Shown: positions 28,008 through 37,247 of the stretch, in pieces
How the letters are laid out: each line of letters begins with the position of its first letter
Position numbering within the stretch: position 1 is the stretch's first letter
From: Bacteroides faecis
GTDB lineage: Bacteria > Bacillota > Clostridia > Oscillospirales > Acutalibacteraceae
Direction: 5' to 3'
Length of the DNA: 63,171 bases
Assembly (NCBI GenBank): GCA_963625295.1
Contig: CAVFTC010000001.1
Span: forward strand, 1 to 63,171
The notes under the pieces: generated by a model
What the model saw: the letters and a program-made list of their open reading frames with translations, nothing else
What the model was told of the DNA's origin: nothing
Database searches by the model: none
Position numbers and translations under genes: made by a program

Positions 28008-28265
28008 ATGAAAACTCGCGTCGCAGTCATGGCAATCATACTGGAATCAAAGGAAAACGCAGAGCAGCTCAACGCCGTGCTTCACGATTACCGTGAATAT
28101 ATCCTCGGCAGAATGGGTCTGCCCTACCCCAAGCATGAGATAAACATTATCAGCGTTGCGCTTGACGCTCCGCAGGATATAATCAACTCTCTTGCCGGAA
28201 AAATCGGAAGAATAGACGGAGTAAATGTTAAAACGGCATACTCGAACAACGAATACACCGTATAA
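28008..28265 (+). CDS. TM1266-family putative iron-only hydrogenase system regulator (ACT-like)
   Basis: 85 aa, colinear with Thermotoga TM1266-type proteins (...LH.Y...I.GR.G.PY......I..V.L.......I..L.GK.G.I.GV.VK). Confidence 0.75.
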   Translation: MKTRVAVMAIILESKENAEQLNAVLHDYREYILGRMGLPYPKHEINIISVALDAPQDIINSLAGKIGRIDGVNVKTAYSNNEYTV

Positions 28266-28272
28266 AAGCTCA

Positions 28273-28310
28273 AAAGACTGTGGCAGATAAATTCCGTCAC
28301 AGTCTTTTTA
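28273..28310. terminator. Bidirectional terminator
   Basis: AGACTGTG...CACAGTCT flanked by A- and T-runs, between convergent genes. Confidence 0.7.
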
Positions 28311-28322
28311 TATTGAAATTGA

Positions 28323-29783
28323 TTACTCCGTATAGGCTACAGAATCGTCGTAGAGCTTTTCTATCTCTTTGCTCGGCTTCTCTGTGCAGAGCGTAACGGC
28401 AACTGCAGCAATCATACTTGCGGCAAAGCCGGGAATGATCTCGTAAATGCCGATATCGGAGAAGAGTACAAGCCAGCAGATATCAACAACTGCACCGACA
28501 ACAATTCCGGCAACAGCACCGCTGAAATTAAAGCGCTTCCAGAAAAGGCTGAGCATAATGGCAGGTCCGAAGGCTGCGCCGAAAACGCCCCACGCATTGG
28601 AAACAAGCGACATGATTGTGCCCGAGCCGGGATTCGATGCAATAACGAGTGCAAAAATCGCAATGGCAAGAACAACGATTCTGCCCGACCAAAGCATCTC
28701 CTTATCGCTCGCCTTATTCTTTCTGATAACAGGCTGATAAACATCGCTGGAAAATGCCGACGCCGCTGCAAGAAGCTGGCTGTCCGCCGTGCTCATTGAA
28801 GCCGCAAGAACGGCAGAAAGAAGAACGCCCGAAATAACGCCGGGGAATATCTTACGAACCATGGTAATGAAAACAAGTGAGCCTTCGTTGATCTCCTCGT
28901 CAAAGCCGAAAGCAAGACGGCCGATAATACCGATGAGAGCGGCAAAAACAACGATTATCAATGTCCATGAGATACCGATTTTTGCCGACTTTTTAAGCTC
29001 CTTCTGGCTCTTGAGCGACATAAATCTGATTATGATATGAGGCATACCGAAGTATCCGAGTCCCCAACCGAGGCCGGAGGCAATATCCTTCCAGCTGGAA
29101 AACGCATTCCAAAAGCCCGGTGTTTCCTGAGTGATAACGGCTGTATCGGAAAGAGTAAGAACCGATGCGGCAGCGATCGGAGCGATGAGCATTGCGCCGA
29201 GAATGAGCATACCCTGGAAGAAATCCGTCCAGCAAACGGCATCAAATCCGCCGAGGAAGGTATAGCCGACAATAATAACTGCGGCAAGATACATTGCGCT
29301 CTGCTCGCTCATACCCGTAACAGTATGGAAAAGAGTTCCGCAAGCCTTAACGCTCGATGCAGCATAAACCGTATAAGCTACAAGGAAAACTATAGCGCAG
29401 ATGACCTGCAAAGCCTTTGATTTTGAAAGAAATCTGTTTGTAAGGTACTGCGGAATGGTGATCGAATCGTTTGCGACAATCGAAAAACGGCGAAGTCTCG
29501 GTGCTTCGACAATCCAGCTTATCGTATAGCCGATCGCAAGTCCGACGGGAATCCATACCTGTCCGAGTCCGAGAGCGTAAATCGAAGTCGGCAGACCCAT
29601 GAGCACCCATGCGCTCATATCCGATGCGCCGGCCGAGAGAGCCGTTACCCAAGCGCCCATTTGACGGCCGCCGAGGAAATAAGTTTTTTCTGATCCGTCC
29701 TTACTCTTGAAGAAGAAATAGAAGCCTATTCCCAGCATGAACAAGAGATAGATGGCGAAAACCACAACTTCTGAAATTTTCAT
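28323..29783 (-). CDS. putP: Sodium/proline symporter (SSS family)
   Basis: 486 aa; YFLGGR.MG.WV.ALSAGASDMS.W N-terminal signature; about 13 TM segments. Confidence 0.9.
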   Translation of the reverse strand: MKISEVVVFAIYLLFMLGIGFYFFFKSKDGSEKTYFLGGRQMGAWVTALSAGASDMSAWVLMGLPTSIYALGLGQVWIPVGLAIGYTISWIVEAPRLRRFSIVANDSITIPQYLTNRFLSKSKALQVICAIVFLVAYTVYAASSVKACGTLFHTVTGMSEQSAMYLAAVIIVGYTFLGGFDAVCWTDFFQGMLILGAMLIAPIAAASVLTLSDTAVITQETPGFWNAFSSWKDIASGLGWGLGYFGMPHIIIRFMSLKSQKELKKSAKIGISWTLIIVVFAALIGIIGRLAFGFDEEINEGSLVFITMVRKIFPGVISGVLLSAVLAASMSTADSQLLAAASAFSSDVYQPVIRKNKASDKEMLWSGRIVVLAIAIFALVIASNPGSGTIMSLVSNAWGVFGAAFGPAIMLSLFWKRFNFSGAVAGIVVGAVVDICWLVLFSDIGIYEIIPGFAASMIAAVAVTLCTEKPSKEIEKLYDDSVAYTE

Positions 29784-29920
29784 AACAAAACCCCTTCATA
29801 GAAATTATTTAATGATTATACCATACAGAGTGCAAAAAGTAAACTGATTTTTACATATTTCGCTGTTTTTCACCTTTTTTGCCCTTTTGCACACAGCTGT
29901 CTTTATACAAAACTACTATA

Positions 29921-29948
29921 TTGACATTTGCAATAAAAGTGCTATAAT
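29921..29948 (+). promoter_or_regulatory. Promoter of tRNA-Leu
   Basis: TTGACA, 16 nt, TGcTATAAT (extended -10), 13 nt upstream of the tRNA 5' end. Confidence 0.65.
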
Positions 29949-29961
29949 ATCTGCGATATTT

Positions 29962-30046
29962 GCGGATATGGCGGAATTGGCAGACGCGTTGGATTTAGGA
30001 TCCAATATCTTCTGATGTGCAGGTTCAAGTCCTGTTATCCGCACCA
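29962..30046 (+). tRNA. tRNA-Leu (anticodon UAG), type II with long variable arm and encoded CCA
   Basis: Acceptor GCGGATA/TATCCGC, anticodon arm TTGGA-TTTAGGA-TCCAA, T-loop TTCAAGT, discriminator A, then CCA. Confidence 0.9.
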
Positions 30047-30111
30047 TAAAAGCAACCAAGGACAAATGTTTTCGGTTGCTTAATTTAACTGAACATTTTT
30101 ATATTAAAGTA

Positions 30112-31491
30112 ATGAAAGGCGGCAATTTTGTGAAAATTATTGTTGTCGGAATCGGCAAGGTCGGTTATACCGTCGCTGAACAGCTTTCAAACGAAAAGCA
30201 CGATGTAACCATTGTCGATACAAATGAAAAAGTGCTGAATTCAACGCTGAACAGCCTTGATGTTATCGCAGTCAGCGGTAACGGTGCTTCCCGTCAGGTT
30301 TTGAGCGAGGCCGGTGTTGATGAAAGCGATCTCGTTATCGCTCTGACGGGCAGCGACGAAATCAACCTGCTTTGCTGTCTGCTTGCGACAAAGCTCGGAG
30401 CAAACGGAACAATCGCCCGTGTCAGAAACCGTGAATACAACGAAGATATACGACTTATAAAGGACAGCCTCGGTCTTTCGATGGTAATAAATCCCGAAAA
30501 AGAGGCGGCGGAGGAAATCCTTCGCATTCTCAAATACCCGTCGGCAAAGAACATTGATACCTTTGCAAAGGGCAAAATAAATATTGTCAGCTTTACGGCG
30601 ACAAAAAACTGCACCCTTTGCGGCAAGGCGGTCAAGGATTCTTTCTCAGGTCTGAAGGCAAGAGCACTCGGCTGCGCCGTTGAACGCGGAAACGAAATTT
30701 TCATCCCGTTCGGTGATTCCGTTATCGAGGAAAACGATGTTGTTGCGGTGCTTGTAGCCCCCGACGAAACTCCGACATTTTTCAGAGAGATCGGTCTTCC
30801 GGTTAACTCGGTAAAAAAGACGATGATAATCGGCGGAGGAAAAATTGCGCTTTACCTCGCAACGGAAATGTGTCGGCTTAACATGGACACAACAATAATC
30901 GAGAGCAATCCTCAAACAGCGGAAAATCTCAGCTATATTCTTCCGAAAGCAAATGTTATCTGCGGCGACGGAACAAATCGCACGCTTTTAATGGAGGAGG
31001 GCTTGCGTGACGCAAGCGCAATATGCTGCCTCACCGGCTTTGACGAGGAAAACCTTATTCTTTCGCTTTTTGCGAAAAATGTTGTGCCGAACATCAAAAC
31101 GATAACCAAAATCAACAGAACAGGCTTCAATGAGGTTGTGCGTTCGCTTGACATAGGCAGCGTTGTCTATCCCAAGTTCATTACCTCGAGCCAAATTCTT
31201 CAGCATGTTCGTGCCAAGAAGAATAATATCGGCAGCAATGTAGAAACCCTCTACAAAATAATAGACAACAAGGTTGAAGCGTTGGAATTTCATGTCAGCG
31301 AGGAAAGCGAGCTTATCAACACTTCTCTTGAGGAGCTTCAGCTTCGCAGCAATGTTATCATCGGCTCAATCAGCAGAAAGGGCAATGTTTTTATTCCCCG
31401 AGGCAAGGATTCGCTCCAGGTCGGCGATTCCGTTGTTGTCGTAACCACGATTCAGGGTCTTTCCGATCTTGACGATATCAAGAAGGACTGA
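30112..31491 (+). CDS. trkA: Trk potassium uptake system NAD-binding subunit TrkA
   Basis: Two RCK/TrkA-N domains (IIVVGIGKVG and MIIGGGKIA). The start could be the ATG at 30112 or the GTG at 30130. Confidence 0.9.
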   Translation: MKGGNFVKIIVVGIGKVGYTVAEQLSNEKHDVTIVDTNEKVLNSTLNSLDVIAVSGNGASRQVLSEAGVDESDLVIALTGSDEINLLCCLLATKLGANGTIARVRNREYNEDIRLIKDSLGLSMVINPEKEAAEEILRILKYPSAKNIDTFAKGKINIVSFTATKNCTLCGKAVKDSFSGLKARALGCAVERGNEIFIPFGDSVIEENDVVAVLVAPDETPTFFREIGLPVNSVKKTMIIGGGKIALYLATEMCRLNMDTTIIESNPQTAENLSYILPKANVICGDGTNRTLLMEEGLRDASAICCLTGFDEENLILSLFAKNVVPNIKTITKINRTGFNEVVRSLDIGSVVYPKFITSSQILQHVRAKKNNIGSNVETLYKIIDNKVEALEFHVSEESELINTSLEELQLRSNVIIGSISRKGNVFIPRGKDSLQVGDSVVVVTTIQGLSDLDDIKKD

Positions 31492-31495
31492 CGCC

Positions 31496-32959
31496 ATGAA
31501 CAAGAAAATGATAACCTATATTTTAGGTATTTTGCTTATAACCGAAGGAGCATTGCTCCTGCTGCCCATGCTTGTCGGCATTTACTACAAGGAGGATTTT
31601 CGTTCCTTCCTGTATTCGATAGCTGCGGCGGTGATCACGGGCTTCATTATGACCCGATTCAAGCCCAAGGATAAAACAATCGTTGCAGGCGACGGCTTTG
31701 CTATCGTTTCACTGGGATGGATTCTTATCAGTCTTTTCGGTGCTCTCCCCTTTTTCCTGAGCGGAGAAATTCCGAGCTATCTTGACGCCGTGTTTGAGGT
31801 CGTTTCCGGCTTCACGACAACAGGCTCAAGCATTCTGACCGATGTTGAAGCGCTGAGCAAGCAAATGATTTTCTGGCGAAGCTTCACCCACTGGGTCGGC
31901 GGCATGGGTGCGCTTGCCTTCATTATGGCGATTCTTCCTCTTGCCAAAGGCGGCGGAAACCTGCACCTAATGAAAGCGGAAAGCCCCGGACCGGATGTTG
32001 AAAAGCTTGTTCCGAAAGCAAAAAGCACAGCAAGAATTCTTTACGGAATTTATGTCATAATGACAATCGTGCTGATATTGCTGCTTCGCTGCGGCGGACT
32101 TTCGTTCTTTGAAAGCGCAACGCTGAGCTTCGGCACGGCAGGCACAGGCGGCTTCGCAATCGTCAATTCAAGCATCGCCGATTACAGCCTTTATACTCAA
32201 ATAATCATCGGCGTTTTCATGATGCTTTTCGGAATCAACTTCAACTTCTATTTTCTGCTATTCTGCGGAAAATTCAAATCTGCATTTAAAAATCTTGAGG
32301 TTCGCTCATATCTCGGCATCATGGGCACGGCAATACTTTTGATTGCATTCAATATCCGTCATATGTTCGGCTCGTTCCTTGAGGCGCTGCACCAGTCGGC
32401 GTTCCAGGTCAGCTCCGTAATGACGACTACGGGATATGCAACGACAGACTTCGACAAATGGCCGGAGTTCAGCAGAATGATAATGCTGATAGTTATGTGC
32501 GTCGGTGCTTGCGCCGGAAGCACAGGCGGCGGCTTCAAGGTTTCAAGGGTTGTTATACTTGCCAAATCAGCAAGGCGTGAGTTAAAAAAGCTTGCCCACC
32601 CGAGAAGCGTAAGCGTAATAACCATGGACGGCAAGCGTGTCAGCGACGAGGTTGTAACCGGAACAAACCTTTTCTTCTTTGTTTACATTGTCATTTTTGT
32701 TGCGTCCCTGCTTATCGTATCGCTGGATACTCAGGATATGGTCACGAATATTTCGGGCGTTATCGCAACGCTCAACAACATAGGTCCCGGACTCGGAAAG
32801 GTCGGTCCGCTCGGAAACTTCTCCGTCTACAGCTGGTATTCAAAGGTCGTATTTATCCTCGATATGCTGCTCGGCAGACTTGAGATTTTCCCGTTCCTAA
32901 TGCTTTTCACTCCAAAGCTTAAAAGGAGCAAAAAAATTAAGGCAATACCGCACAATTGA
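31496..32959 (+). CDS. trkH: Trk potassium uptake membrane subunit TrkH
   Basis: TrkH-type pore repeats (TTTG, GTGGF, TTTGYAT, GSTGGG). The last codons IKAIPHN* are encoded by the mini-MITE at 32937-32972. Confidence 0.9.
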   Translation: MNKKMITYILGILLITEGALLLLPMLVGIYYKEDFRSFLYSIAAAVITGFIMTRFKPKDKTIVAGDGFAIVSLGWILISLFGALPFFLSGEIPSYLDAVFEVVSGFTTTGSSILTDVEALSKQMIFWRSFTHWVGGMGALAFIMAILPLAKGGGNLHLMKAESPGPDVEKLVPKAKSTARILYGIYVIMTIVLILLLRCGGLSFFESATLSFGTAGTGGFAIVNSSIADYSLYTQIIIGVFMMLFGINFNFYFLLFCGKFKSAFKNLEVRSYLGIMGTAILLIAFNIRHMFGSFLEALHQSAFQVSSVMTTTGYATTDFDKWPEFSRMIMLIVMCVGACAGSTGGGFKVSRVVILAKSARRELKKLAHPRSVSVITMDGKRVSDEVVTGTNLFFFVYIVIFVASLLIVSLDTQDMVTNISGVIATLNNIGPGLGKVGPLGNFSVYSWYSKVVFILDMLLGRLEIFPFLMLFTPKLKRSKKIKAIPHN

Positions 32960-32972
32960 GGTGTTGCCTTAA
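32937..32972. repeat. 36-bp mini MITE derivative (both termini retained)
   Basis: TTAAGGCAATACCGCACAATTGAGGTGTTGCCTTAA. It supplies the trkH stop codon. Confidence 0.8.
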
Positions 32973-32986
32973 ATAACGCAAAAATA

Positions 32987-33015
32987 GAGCATGGCTTCGG
33001 TCATGTTCTTTTTTT
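32987..33015 (+). terminator. Terminator of trkAH
   Basis: GAGCATG-gcttcggt-CATGTTC followed by TTTTTTT. Confidence 0.6.
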
Positions 33016-33479
33016 CATTTGTACAAATCACAAAGAATGGGCATGATGCCGTTGTCGAGAATATCGACCATCGCATATTTTCCGACCGAAACAGAGCCGG
33101 GATTTATATACCAAATTCCGTCCTCGTATGTTGTGTCAGGGACATGCGTATGACCGTATAATGCAATAGAAGCGGAACAGTTATTCGCCTTTTGCTTCAG
33201 CCCGGCAAGCGAATATTTCACGCTTTCATAGTGCCCGTGAGCTGCGTAAACAATCCTTCCGCCGAATTTTTCGAGCAGAAAGGTCGGCAGCGATGAATTG
33301 TAATCGCAGTTGCCGCAGACGGAATAAAGCTTGATTTCAGGGTGAAGCTGCTTGAGAAACTCAACATCCCTTTCGCCGTCACCGAGAAAGATAACGGCGT
33401 CGGCCTCCGGATGAAGCTCAACAGCCTTGAGAAGCAGATTTTTTCTGCCGTGCGAATCCGATAAAACAAGCAAACGCAT
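33015..33479 (-). CDS. YfcE/MJ0936-family metallophosphoesterase
   Basis: MRLLVLSDSHG, GDGE, GNCD, HGH and GHTH motifs. Confidence 0.85.
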   Translation of the reverse strand: MRLLVLSDSHGRKNLLLKAVELHPEADAVIFLGDGERDVEFLKQLHPEIKLYSVCGNCDYNSSLPTFLLEKFGGRIVYAAHGHYESVKYSLAGLKQKANNCSASIALYGHTHVPDTTYEDGIWYINPGSVSVGKYAMVDILDNGIMPILCDLYK

Positions 33480-33524
33480 ACATACAACACCTTTCAAATA
33501 TAATTTAACGGAGTGTGAGGATAA

Positions 33525-33743
33525 ATGTCAAACAACAATTTTTCGGAATTCTTCTCTGCGCCGGTCAACAAGGCGGATGCAGAAAAAAAAGCAGAGAAGT
33601 TGATAAACGGGCTAAGGGCGGAGGAAAAAGACGAGCTTAATGAAATTCTCTCTGACCGGGATAAAATAAATGCGGTTCTTTCCTCCCCTGCCGCTCAAAA
33701 AATAATGCAGAAGCTAAACGGCAAAAAAGATGGACATCAATGA
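33525..33743 (+). CDS. Hypothetical small protein (first of three coupled small ORFs)
   Basis: 72 aa, charged and helical; overlaps the next ORF by 14 nt. Confidence 0.45.
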   Translation: MSNNNFSEFFSAPVNKADAEKKAEKLINGLRAEEKDELNEILSDRDKINAVLSSPAAQKIMQKLNGKKDGHQ

Positions 33744-34071
33744 AATTCTCTCGTCTCTCACTCCCGACGACATAGAAGGGCTGAAAGCAACCGCCGAAGC
33801 GGTTTTCGGCAAAGGCGAGGATCACGCCGAAAAGCAACAGCCGCTGACAGGAACGGATATATTTTCCTCAATTGACCCCAAAATGATTGGCAGACTGACA
33901 AAAATCATGGGCGCAATGAACGGAGAATCCGGCCGCAGATGCAAGCTGATTGAAGCTCTGAAGCCGAATCTTTCGCCCGAGAGGCAGAAAAAAGCCGACC
34001 AGGCAATACAAATACTTAAGCTGCTGGAAATTTTACCGTTAATAAACAATCTAACCAATCGGGATGATTAG
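33730..34071 (+). CDS. Hypothetical small protein (second of three)
   Basis: 113 aa; its stop lies 2 nt before the next ATG. Confidence 0.5.
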   Translation: MDINEILSSLTPDDIEGLKATAEAVFGKGEDHAEKQQPLTGTDIFSSIDPKMIGRLTKIMGAMNGESGRRCKLIEALKPNLSPERQKKADQAIQILKLLEILPLINNLTNRDD

Positions 34072-34073
34072 CT

Positions 34074-34376
34074 ATGCCTCAACAGGATTTCAATACCGCC
34101 GAGCGTCAGGCAATAATGAGAGCAAAGGAGATGTACCGTCGGGCAACAATGTCCCAAAACGGCGGAGAGCCTTTCTTTCAAAAGCAGCCCGCATCGCCGC
34201 AGCTCAACCGCTGTCCGCCGCCTCCGAAGCCCGAGCCTAAACGAAAAAATGAAAGCCGTTCGCCCGGAGCATTTTTTGACGGGGACATGAAGATAATAAT
34301 CGCAATGATGCTCCTGCTTTCCGGAGACGGAGGAGACACGCTGCTGCTGCTTGCGCTGATGTATATAATGCTTTGA
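34074..34376 (+). CDS. Hypothetical small protein with Pro-rich middle and hydrophobic C-terminal tail (third of three)
   Basis: 100 aa; the C-terminus IIIAMMLLLSGDGGDTLLLLALMYIML looks like a membrane anchor. Confidence 0.5.
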   Translation: MPQQDFNTAERQAIMRAKEMYRRATMSQNGGEPFFQKQPASPQLNRCPPPPKPEPKRKNESRSPGAFFDGDMKIIIAMMLLLSGDGGDTLLLLALMYIML

Positions 34377-34432
34377 CCTTGACAAATAATCTCAAATGGA
34401 TTATCATGTTTTCAACAAGGAGGTACAAAGCA

Positions 34433-34690
34433 ATGACATATGAGTATAAAACCAAGGGGACTTGTTCCTCACGCATTACATTTGACCTCGACGGCGACAC
34501 GATAAAAAATGTCAAGTTTATTGGCGGCTGCAGCGGAAACCTTAAAGGAATTTCCGCAATCGTCGAGGGAATGAAGGCCGACGAGGTTGAGAAAAGACTC
34601 AGCGGCATCACCTGCGGCTATAAAAACACATCATGTCCCGACCAGCTTGCCAAGGCAATCGCCGAGGCCTGCGCAAAGAAAAACGGATAA
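34433..34690 (+). CDS. TSCPD-domain (TIGR03905-type, four-Cys) protein
   Basis: 85 aa from the ATG at 34433 (AGGAGG RBS). It has the GTCSS...GGCSGN...CG.K.TSCPDQ pattern. Confidence 0.8.
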   Translation: MTYEYKTKGTCSSRITFDLDGDTIKNVKFIGGCSGNLKGISAIVEGMKADEVEKRLSGITCGYKNTSCPDQLAKAIAEACAKKNG

Positions 34691-34720
34691 GGCGAGCGTT
34701 GCTAAAGCTATACAGCATTC

Positions 34721-34765
34721 AAAATGGCGGAAATCACCGGTTGATTTCCGCCATTTTCTGTTTTT
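34721..34765. terminator. Bidirectional terminator
   Basis: 14-bp stem AATGGCGGAAATCA...TGATTTCCGCCATT with a T-rich tail, between convergent genes. Confidence 0.8.
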
Positions 34766-34766
34766 A

Positions 34767-35849
34767 TCAGTCAAGCTTTACCTTGTATGTCCAGCCCATG
34801 TCGTCCTCAACATGACCTGTCTGCATACCGTAGAGCGTATCGTAAAGCTTCTGAGCGATCGGACCTACATTGCCGTCGGCAACCTTGTAATCCTCGCCCA
34901 TGTAATAAAGTGTGCCGATCGGAGAGATAACTGCGGCAGTACCGCTGGCAAATACCTCCTTGAGAGTGCCTGCCTTGGAGGCTGCGCATACATCGTCGAT
35001 TGAAAGGCGTCTCTCCGATACCTTTACTCCCCACTTCTTGAGAAGCTCGATGACGGACTTTCTTGTAATACCGGGAAGAATCGTACCCATAAGCGGAGCA
35101 GTGATGACCTCGTCGCCGATTACGAAGAAGGCGTTTGAAGTGCCGATCTCCTCAACATACTTATGCTCAACAGCGTCAAGCCAAAGAACATCCTTGCAGT
35201 CATGCTCCATAGCCTTTGCCGAAGCCTTCATGCCACCTGCATAGTTGCCGCCGCACTTTGCAAAGCCTGTACCGCCGACAGCCGCACGGATGAATTCATC
35301 CTCAACATAAATCCTTGTCGTGTGAAGTCCGCCGTCGTTTGCGGCATAGTAAGAACCGACGGGGCAAAGAATGATGATAAAGCGATAATGCTTTGCCGGA
35401 AGAACGCTGAACGAAACCTCGTCGCCGAAGATAAACGGTCTGATATAAAGAGCGGTTGCCGGCTCGGTGGGTATCCAATCCTTATCAACGGTAATAAGCT
35501 GGTTGATGGCGTCAAAGAAAATATCCTTTTCCATATGCGGAATACACATACGGTCATTGGTTCTGTTCATACGCTCAAAGTTCTCCTCGGGTCTGAAAAG
35601 CTGAACATCGCCCGACGGAGTTTTATATGCCTTCATGCCCTCGAACATCATCTGGGCATAGTGGAGCACGCATGAAGCGGGTTCAATGGCGATCGGCTCA
35701 TGCGGAACAATTCTTCCGTCATGCCAGCCCTGTCCCTCATCGTAGTCGATCATAAACATATGATCCGTGAAATATTTACCGAAGCCGAGCTTCTTCTGAT
35801 CCGGCTTCTCCTTCGGATGTGTTGTTCTTGTTACTGGAAATGTATACAT
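34767..35849 (-). CDS. ilvE: Branched-chain amino acid aminotransferase
   Basis: About 360 aa from the ATG at 35849 (AAAGGAG RBS). Type IV aminotransferase motifs: FGKYFTDHMF, EGMKAY, GGTG.AK.GGNYA. Confidence 0.9.
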   Translation of the reverse strand: MYTFPVTRTTHPKEKPDQKKLGFGKYFTDHMFMIDYDEGQGWHDGRIVPHEPIAIEPASCVLHYAQMMFEGMKAYKTPSGDVQLFRPEENFERMNRTNDRMCIPHMEKDIFFDAINQLITVDKDWIPTEPATALYIRPFIFGDEVSFSVLPAKHYRFIIILCPVGSYYAANDGGLHTTRIYVEDEFIRAAVGGTGFAKCGGNYAGGMKASAKAMEHDCKDVLWLDAVEHKYVEEIGTSNAFFVIGDEVITAPLMGTILPGITRKSVIELLKKWGVKVSERRLSIDDVCAASKAGTLKEVFASGTAAVISPIGTLYYMGEDYKVADGNVGPIAQKLYDTLYGMQTGHVEDDMGWTYKVKLD

Positions 35850-35881
35850 TTCTGTCGCTCCTTTCAAAGCATTCATTTTGT

Positions 35882-35917
35882 CAATGCCGCACATCTCAAT
35901 TGTGCGGATTTGCCTTA
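35882..35917. repeat. Solo MITE terminus (contains the internal CCGCACA/TGTGCGG hairpin)
   Basis: The reverse complement reads TAAGGCAAATCCGCACAATTGAGATGTGCGGCATTG. Its terminal TAA is the stop codon of the C-N hydrolase gene. Confidence 0.75.
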
Positions 35918-36721
35918 TAATTCATAGAGATCGGGTTTTCTGTCGTTGAAAACATTGATCGAGCTTCTTATATCCTTTATTATTCCGAAATCGCAGTCAG
36001 CTGTGATGACCTCCTGCGCCTCGCCTGCCGCAGCGAGCACCTCGCCCCACGGGTCGATTATCTGCGAATGACCGCCGAAAACTGCGTCCGGTGTTTTTCC
36101 GCAGGAGTTGCAGCAGACAACAAACATCTGATTTTCAATCGCTCTTGCTCTTGTGAGTGTAACGATGTGTTCCTTTCTCGCAAGAGGCCACTGCGACACC
36201 ATAAACAGCATGTCAATGCCCCTTAGGGCAAGGCTTCTGACAAGCTCGCAGAAGCGGATATCGTAGCAGATTACGACGCCGCACTTATGTCCGTCAAGCT
36301 CGAAGGTCACAAGCTTTTCGCCGAAGCTAAAATATTTGTGCTCGTCCATCGGGGTGAAAAGGTGCGTCTTGTCATATTCGGCAACGACATCGCCCTTACG
36401 GTTGAAAACAAACGCCGTGTTGTAAATCCCGCCGTTCTTTTCGTTGGCGATACTGCCGGCAACGATGTTTACATTAAGCTCCCTTGCCAACGCCGAAAAG
36501 GTCTTTTTCAGCCTCTCGCCGTCTTTGTCACAATAGCTCGAAAGATTTTCCTTGGGATAATATCCCGTCGTCCATGTTTCGGGAAGAACGATAACATCGG
36601 ATTTTTCTTTCGCTGCCGTCTCCCTTATCAGTCTGACAGCCTCGTTGTAGTTATATTCAACATCGCCGAGCTTCATATCAAGCTGAATGCAGGAAGCCTT
36701 CATTGTATTATTCATAATCAT
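35915..36721 (-). CDS. Carbon-nitrogen hydrolase (nitrilase/omega-amidase superfamily)
   Basis: Catalytic E-K-C contexts: VLPE, the Lys in YDKTHLF and the Cys in GVVICYDIRF. Alternative starts are 36739, 36715 or 36703. Confidence 0.8.
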   Translation of the reverse strand: MIMNNTMKASCIQLDMKLGDVEYNYNEAVRLIRETAAKEKSDVIVLPETWTTGYYPKENLSSYCDKDGERLKKTFSALARELNVNIVAGSIANEKNGGIYNTAFVFNRKGDVVAEYDKTHLFTPMDEHKYFSFGEKLVTFELDGHKCGVVICYDIRFCELVRSLALRGIDMLFMVSQWPLARKEHIVTLTRARAIENQMFVVCCNSCGKTPDAVFGGHSQIIDPWGEVLAAAGEAQEVITADCDFGIIKDIRSSINVFNDRKPDLYEL

Positions 36722-37247
36722 AACCTGCCTTGACAGCACCCTTGTTCACATCAAGGAGATCAAGGTGACGGGCGGAAACAACCTTCTTGAGTGCGTCATC
36801 GGTATAATCAATCGAAAACTGCGGCACTTCCTTGAGAATCTTGCCCGTGATTATCATATTCGCAAGGGTCGGCGTTCCGTTATCGTTCGCCATTTTTGTT
36901 GCAGGAATATAATATACATCAACATCTGTTCTGTCAATCTTTTTGTCGATCATTGTTGAATCAACAAAAATCTTTCCGCCGCTGACAACATCGTTTTCGT
37001 ATTTTTCAAGTGACGGAAGATTCATTGCAACAAGCACATCCGGCTTGTCAACGATTGGAGAGCCGATCGGCTCGTCGCTGATAATCACGGAGCAGTTGGC
37101 AGTGCCGCCTCTCATTTCCGGTCCGTAGGACGGAAGCCAGCTGACCTGCTTGCCCTCGATAAGTCCCTTATATGCAAGGAATTTGCCTGCAAACAGAATT
37201 CCCTGTCCGCCGAAGCCTGCGAATAACATTCTGCAAGTGCTGCTCAT
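36708..37247 (-). CDS. 2-oxoacid:ferredoxin oxidoreductase, gamma subunit
   Basis: 179 aa; the GFGGQGI motif typical of POR/KOR/VOR gamma subunits. Confidence 0.85.
   Translation of the reverse strand: MSSTCRMLFAGFGGQGILFAGKFLAYKGLIEGKQVSWLPSYGPEMRGGTANCSVIISDEPIGSPIVDKPDVLVAMNLPSLEKYENDVVSGGKIFVDSTMIDKKIDRTDVDVYYIPATKMANDNGTPTLANMIITGKILKEVPQFSIDYTDDALKKVVSARHLDLLDVNKGAVKAGYDYE

Noticed and set aside
29962-30046. tRNA-Leu(UAG) as the effector of the Leu T-box
   Set aside because: The predicted specifier, CUC, would be read by a GAG-anticodon tRNA-Leu, not UAG. Nothing links this tRNA gene to the leader at 47 kb.
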